A stretch of 63,683 bases of DNA, the filler included, from Anaerolineae bacterium (lineage in GTDB: Bacteria > Chloroflexota > Anaerolineae > Epilineales > Epilineaceae): the NCBI GenBank assembly GCA_029262755.1. It is 6 parts of 6 records of this genome, joined end to end, with 100 filler letters (N's around TTAATTAATTAA, not from the genome) between each part and the next. Parts side by side here need not be neighbours in the genome. Positions count along the whole stretch, not along the records: positions 55,831 to 63,683 come from JAJCYU010000333.1; 5 more parts are not named here. One strand, written 5' to 3'. Within the stretch, counting starts at the first letter, position 1; the number at the start of each line of letters is the position of its first letter. A model generated the notes under the pieces. The model saw only the letters and a list, made by a program, of their open reading frames with translations, ran no database searches and had not been told where the DNA came from. Made by a program: the position numbers and the translations under genes. Positions 58,801-63,683 of this stretch are shown in pieces.

Positions 58801-61800
58801 GATCGCGTCCGTGAAATCGATCTCGTCGACGGAGCGCGGGGCGTCGATGCCGATGAGGTACATCGCCATCTGGTTGACGTCTTGGCCAGAGCGACTCAGG
58901 TCCAGTCGACGTATCGTGACATCCGAGCCGCCGTTGTAGAAGATTCCCATGAAACGATCGGTGATCGTCAGGTCCTGGACGACGTTGCCCGTAGAGCCAC
59001 CGTCGACGTGGAGCCCTCGGCCACTGCGCCCCCCACCGCCCGTCCAGCTCAGGTCGAGATCGGTGATGAGCGAGTCGTCCACGTTGTTGAGGTACAGCGC
59101 GTACTCGCTCACGGTGTTGAGCGTGTGGTTGCCGCCGGAGTCGGTCAGCTTGACGTTCGTGCCGATCGCGGAGCCGTCACTGATGGTCAGCCCGCTCATG
59201 GCGTTGATGCGCACGCCGTAGCGGCCGTCCGTGAAGTCGTTGTCCGCGATGTCGATCGGCAGGTCGATGGACGCCATGTAGAGGGCCCACTGGTTCGTGT
59301 CCTGCCCGCTGTTGCCCAGGTCGTTGTCGCGGATCGTCACGTCGTCGCCGCCGGAATAGAAGATGGACATCTGGCGGGCCTTGATGACGTTGTCCTCGAT
59401 GACGTTGCGCTGAGAGGAGCTATCGACGTTGAGGCCCCTACCCGTGCAGCAGGTCGAGCCGTCCTGCCAGCTCAAGTCCAGGTCGGTCACCGAGCTGTCG
59501 TCGATGTTGGAGAGATAGAGCGCGTAGCCACTCGTCTCGGTCAGCGTGCCCGCGCCGGCCAGGTTGTGCAGGTCGACGTTCGTGCCGGGCTGCGTGCCGT
59601 CCGAGATCGTCAGGAAGCTCATGCCGTCGAAGCGCACGCCGTAGGGCGCGCCGGTGAAGTCGTTGTCCTCGACGATCACCCCACCGACGAGCGTGTTGGA
59701 GATCGCGCTCAGGATCTGCAGCGCCCACTCGTTGGTATTGAAGCCACTCCGCGTGAGCGTGTTGCGACGCACGATGAGGTCTTCGCCGCCGCTGAGGTAA
59801 ATGCCGCGCCGCCGGCTGTCGATCGTGTTGTCTTCGACGCGCATGCGATCCGAATTGGTCTGCACCTGCAGCGCGTACCCATCTTGGCTGGTGCTGCCCG
59901 TCCAGCTCAGGTCGAGGTCCGTCACCGAACAGTCGTCGCAGTTGACCAAGTAGAGCGCGATGCTCCCACCCGTGGCCACCGTGTTCAGCGTGTGATTGCC
60001 AAGCTGGTCCGTGAGATCGATGTTGGTGCCGGGCTCGCTGCCGTCGGAGATCACCAGGTTGTTCGCGCTGTCGATGCGCAGGCCGGCCGTGCTCTGCGAG
60101 AAGTCGTTGCCGGACATCGAGATGCCGCCGGGCAGGGTCGTGCTGAAGACCGAGCGGATCTCCATCGCCTGGTTCGTATTCGTGACAAAGTTGTCCTCGA
60201 CGATCAAGTCACGCACGTTGGCGACCAGGTAGAAGCCCCGGTTGCGATTCGAGCCGTTGACGTCGCGAATCTCGAGGTTTTCGCATTCGCCGCTGTCGTG
60301 GTAGATCGCCGCGTCCCCGGGACGGCCGGCAGCCGACCAGCTCATGTCCAGGCGCTCGATGCGCGTATCGTCGATGTTACGCAACCAGAGGGGCCTGTTC
60401 GTGACCGTGCGCAGGGTCTCCGTGCCCCCGCCGAGCGTGGGCGTGATGTGGGTGCCCACGATCGTGCCGTCGGAGATGATCAGGTCGCTCATGTTCTGGA
60501 GATACAAGCCGTAGGTGTTGTCCGTGAAGTCGACGTCGTCGATGCGCACGCCGCCGGAGAGCGTGGTGCTCACCACGCCGTTGAGCTCGAAGCCGTAGTC
60601 GCTATCGCTGAGGTCGGCGCCCAGGACCGACAGGTCGCTGCCACCGTTTGCGAGGATGGCTTGGCTGCGGCCGGTGGCGGTGATATCGCGCAGCACGGCG
60701 CCGTCCGTGCCGGTCTGGAGGGAGATGCCCGTGCCGCCACGCCCACCCGATACGCGAGAGACGTCCACGTTCTCGAGCGTGGCGTCGTCGGCGTTGCTCA
60801 ACAGGACCTGCGTGCCGCCCGGGTTGTTGCGAAAGGCCAGATTCTGGATCGTCGAGCCGCTGTGCCCGGAGAGCGTGAGCACCGTGAAGCCGCCACCGCC
60901 GCTGTCGAGCGTGATCTGCGGCGCGCAGCACCAGGGCTGGGTCGCGCCGTCCATCGTGATCGCCTCGGTGACGTTGGGCAGCGAGGCCGTCAGGTTGATC
61001 GTCTGCGCCCCGACACCCGGGATATTGAACTCGATGTCGTCCGCGCCGCCGCTGCCGTTGGCGTCCAGGATGGCTTGGCGCAACGTGCCCGGCCCGCTGT
61101 CCGCGGTGCTGGTGACGACGAACGTGACGGCCATCAGCCGCGCCGTCTCATCCGTGCCCGCCGGCCGCGCGTCGTCGGCGAAGCGGCCTTCGCGCGCCGC
61201 CAGCGCCTCGTCGAGGCTACGCACGGGATTCTCGTCCGGTCGGCCGCGCAGATCCTCGGACGGCTCGATCAGGGTGAGATCGGGATCGTCAAGGGTTGGA
61301 TCCACGGTCGGCGCCACGCCCCGCATGGCGAATTCGTATGGATCCACATTCTCCCAAGCGTCCGGAATGCCGTTGTTGTTCAGGTCCGGCCCGGCCAACG
61401 GGTCCGATCGCTGAGCCAGTTCAGCGCGATGCCAGCCGTCCACGAGCGCGTCGCCACCGGAAGCACCGGTCTCCGATCCAAGGTCCGGGCCTTGCCCCAT
61501 CGCTTCGTCCACGAGCGCCGGATCGTCCGCGTCGGCACCGGTCGTTTGAGCATCGAGCTCAGCCACCGTCGGCGGGTCCGCGTCCGTCGTTTGCGCATTT
61601 TCGTCCACGATGACGTCGGGCGCGGACGCGGACTCCTCCTGCAACACCACGTCACGAGCGGACGGGGGCGCGGCGACCTGCACCTCGGTGCCGGCGTCGC
61701 GCGCGGCAACGGCAGCGCCCAGCGGCAGCGCGACGAGCACGCACAGGGCGGCGAATGCCCAGAAGGTGGCGGCGCCGGCAAGGCGACTCAAGCGGCGGAT

Positions 61801-61833
61801 GGGACGATTGGACGCTACGCGATTTGCGCGCAT
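55831..61833 (-). CDS. Giant secreted right-handed parallel beta-helix protein with CSLREA-like modules (3' partial)
   Basis: About 2000 aa open frame; signal peptide, VTSTADSGPGTLRQAI and ISLREAI modules, many beta-helix turns, NWWG motifs. Confidence 0.88.
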
Positions 61834-62318
61834 GACTAGCTCCGGTGGGGCGTTCACTTGAGGCAGGGGGCGATCGCATCCGTCCCAAAGGCGACGTGCT
61901 CGGATGCGGTTGGAGTAGACAAATTCAAATGTTCGGGGAACAACACGCTGCGCCCCGGCCCCTTAGGCCGCGGCAGATCTCCGGCGTGCGGGATCTTCCC
62001 CCGCGCTGTCCGAAGCGGATTCAACTGCAACGTCACTCTCCCCCCACACAAAACGGCGTCGCGGTCACCAACATGGCCGCCGCGTCCAGTTCGGGCGGTG
62101 TGCGAACTCCCCGCTCGCGCGCCTTCCATAGGCGCCAACTCCCTGCCAGCAGGGAGCGACACGCCACGTGACCCGGTAGCTCGGGTCCATTGTGAGAACG
62201 GGATTAGCGGCGCGCAAGATACGGGTGCCCCGTGAATCCGCGCGATTCACCGCGAATGATGATGCTGGGCCGAATTCTTGGAGCGTGGGAACCAGCGGAA
62301 AGTGCCACACCTTCGCCC

Positions 62319-63176
62319 TCAGGGATAGAGGACCAACCGTGCGCCGGTCTGCGGATCGGGCCCGACCTCTGCGTTCACGGACGCCAGCGCGACCGCCAGG
62401 TCTTCGCCGCCAACATTGTCCACCATGCGTGCGAGCAGCCGCAGCGTCGCCTCGTCCGTGTGGCCGGCGACGACGGGCTCGTCCCAGCTCACAAACGTGG
62501 AGGCCCCGCGCGCCACGAAAGCCTCGGCCAGCGCGCGCGAGCGAAGTCCGTCGCAGCCCATGTGCACCACCGTGGCACCGTCGGGAAAGGTCCCATCGAA
62601 GCGCTCGCGCACGTATCCGGGCCGCAGTCCAAAGTACGGGAGCTCGGCGCCGTCCACGGTGAACACCGCGGGGACTAAGTGCGCGAAGTCCTTGGAAGTG
62701 AAGCGTGCGCGCCCTGCGGAATCGACCGCTCCGTCGAGTCGAGCGAGCTCCTCCGCGACGGCCGTGGCCGCGCCGGAAGGCACACCCTGCACCGCAAATT
62801 GACGCAAATCGATCAGCTCGCCGGTGAAGAGTGCCACGTCATCGCCCAATGCCTCGCCCTCGAGCAGCCGCGCCGAATGAGCCCGCAGCAGCACGAAGTC
62901 GTAGCCGGCGGCCGGGAGGCCGCGGTAGGCCTCGACCGTCACGTCCTTGCCGAGAATGTAGTCGACGGTGTAGCCGCCTGTCTCGAGGAGCGCCGTCGCC
63001 TCGGCCACGAAGTCGGGATTCGGCACGGTGAGCGAGAGCTGGTCGACGATTACGGCGCTGCGGGAGTCGGCGGTCGTGTGACCGTTGCAGGCGGTGAGGC
63101 CGACCAAGAGCACGATCGCGAACCACGCGTTTGCGCACCGTGTTGCGCATGGTCGAAAGTCTGAACCGGTCTTCAT
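62319..63176 (-). CDS. Hypothetical lipoprotein
   Basis: Lipobox-like LLVGLTAC; AHS and MGC motifs suggest a caspase/CHAT-like alpha/beta fold (uncertain). Confidence 0.65.
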   Translation of the reverse strand: MKTGSDFRPCATRCANAWFAIVLLVGLTACNGHTTADSRSAVIVDQLSLTVPNPDFVAEATALLETGGYTVDYILGKDVTVEAYRGLPAAGYDFVLLRAHSARLLEGEALGDDVALFTGELIDLRQFAVQGVPSGAATAVAEELARLDGAVDSAGRARFTSKDFAHLVPAVFTVDGAELPYFGLRPGYVRERFDGTFPDGATVVHMGCDGLRSRALAEAFVARGASTFVSWDEPVVAGHTDEATLRLLARMVDNVGGEDLAVALASVNAEVGPDPQTGARLVLYP

Positions 63177-63247
63177 TGCCTTCCCTTTCCCTTCGAATGT
63201 GCTCGTGATTTCCCACCCAGCGCCCCGCTATTGTGTCGGAGCGCCCT

Positions 63248-63683
63248 TCAGCCCACGTGGCGCCAGCCGTCCGCCGGGAGCGGTCGCGACTGCCCGTCCG
63301 CATCGACCAGCCGTCGGCCCGCCGACGGATCCACGATCTCCCCGACGTCGAACAAGCCGCCTTGCGCGACCGCATCGTGTAGCGTGGCCACATATTGGGG
63401 AGCCACCGTCAGCACGAGCGCGTAGTCCTCCCCGCCGCCCAACGCGAGACCCAGCGCCGGGTCGAGGTCCGCGCTCATGTCCTTCGCCCCCGACGCCTCC
63501 ATGGCCTCCGCAACGGCACGCACACCCGGCGCAAGCGGCAGACCGGACGGGTTGATGTGCACCCCGATGCCGCTCGCATCGCAGATATGACCAAGGTCTG
63601 CCGCGAAGCCGTCCGAGACGTCGATCATCGACGTGGCAAGCCCTGTCGCGGCTATCGCCTGCGCCGCTGCGACGCGCGCCTGC
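63248..63683 (-). CDS. thiL: Thiamine-monophosphate kinase (5' partial)
   Basis: MIDVSDG, ALGGGEDYAL, C-terminal GWRH. Confidence 0.9.
   Translation of the reverse strand, partial: QARVAAAQAIAATGLATSMIDVSDGFAADLGHICDASGIGVHINPSGLPLAPGVRAVAEAMEASGAKDMSADLDPALGLALGGGEDYALVLTVAPQYVATLHDAVAQGGLFDVGEIVDPSAGRRLVDADGQSRPLPADGWRHVG

Noticed and set aside
61930..62030. Partial resemblance to a c-di-AMP (ydaO) riboswitch on the minus strand (TTGAATCC...GGA...GGGGGA...CCCGAAC)
   Set aside because: The second TGAAT element and the 3' CCGTCAGCTAAC motif are absent, so it is not called.

Overview
The window is not one locus. It is six assembly contigs (1-13120, 13221-33200, 33301-44720, 44821-50502, 50603-55730, 55831-63683) joined by artificial N44-TTAATTAATTAA-N44 spacers, so neighbourhoods across spacers mean nothing and edge ORFs are partial. 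The DNA is very GC-rich. By inference it comes from a Chloroflexota (Anaerolineae-like) genome, given the PMT-like glycosyltransferase arrays, Pro/Thr linkers and '(I/V)(Y/F)LP' surface-protein motifs. Contig 1 has an accessory region (IS21-like end, two opposed IS66 fragments, a lower-GC island, a resolvase-less Tn3-family element with 38-bp IRs), then a Tat amidase and a lamin-tail protein. Contig 2 has an FG-GAP protein, three GT-C glycosyltransferases, surE, a family-5 UDG, an unusual Rho and a VWA protein. Contig 3 has lipA, PHP, tsaD, an adenylate cyclase-NACHT-FGE protein, rsmA, a G5/3D protein, SRP RNA, an unannotated divergent structured small transcript, rpmB, moaB and rpmG. Contig 4 has a fused pyruvate dehydrogenase E1 alpha/beta, a molybdo-oxidoreductase, Mrp and an Fe-S oxidoreductase. 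Contig 5 is a nest of mobile elements: a 4.2-kb TGT...ACA four-gene DDE/AAA transposon cutting a group II intron that sits on the start codon of another probable mobile gene. Contig 6 has a giant beta-helix surface protein, a lipoprotein and thiL. The best novelty candidates are the small RNA/sORF divergent from ffs, the nested transposon, the cyclase-NACHT receptor and the Rho with a prion-like N-terminus and degenerate RNA-binding site.
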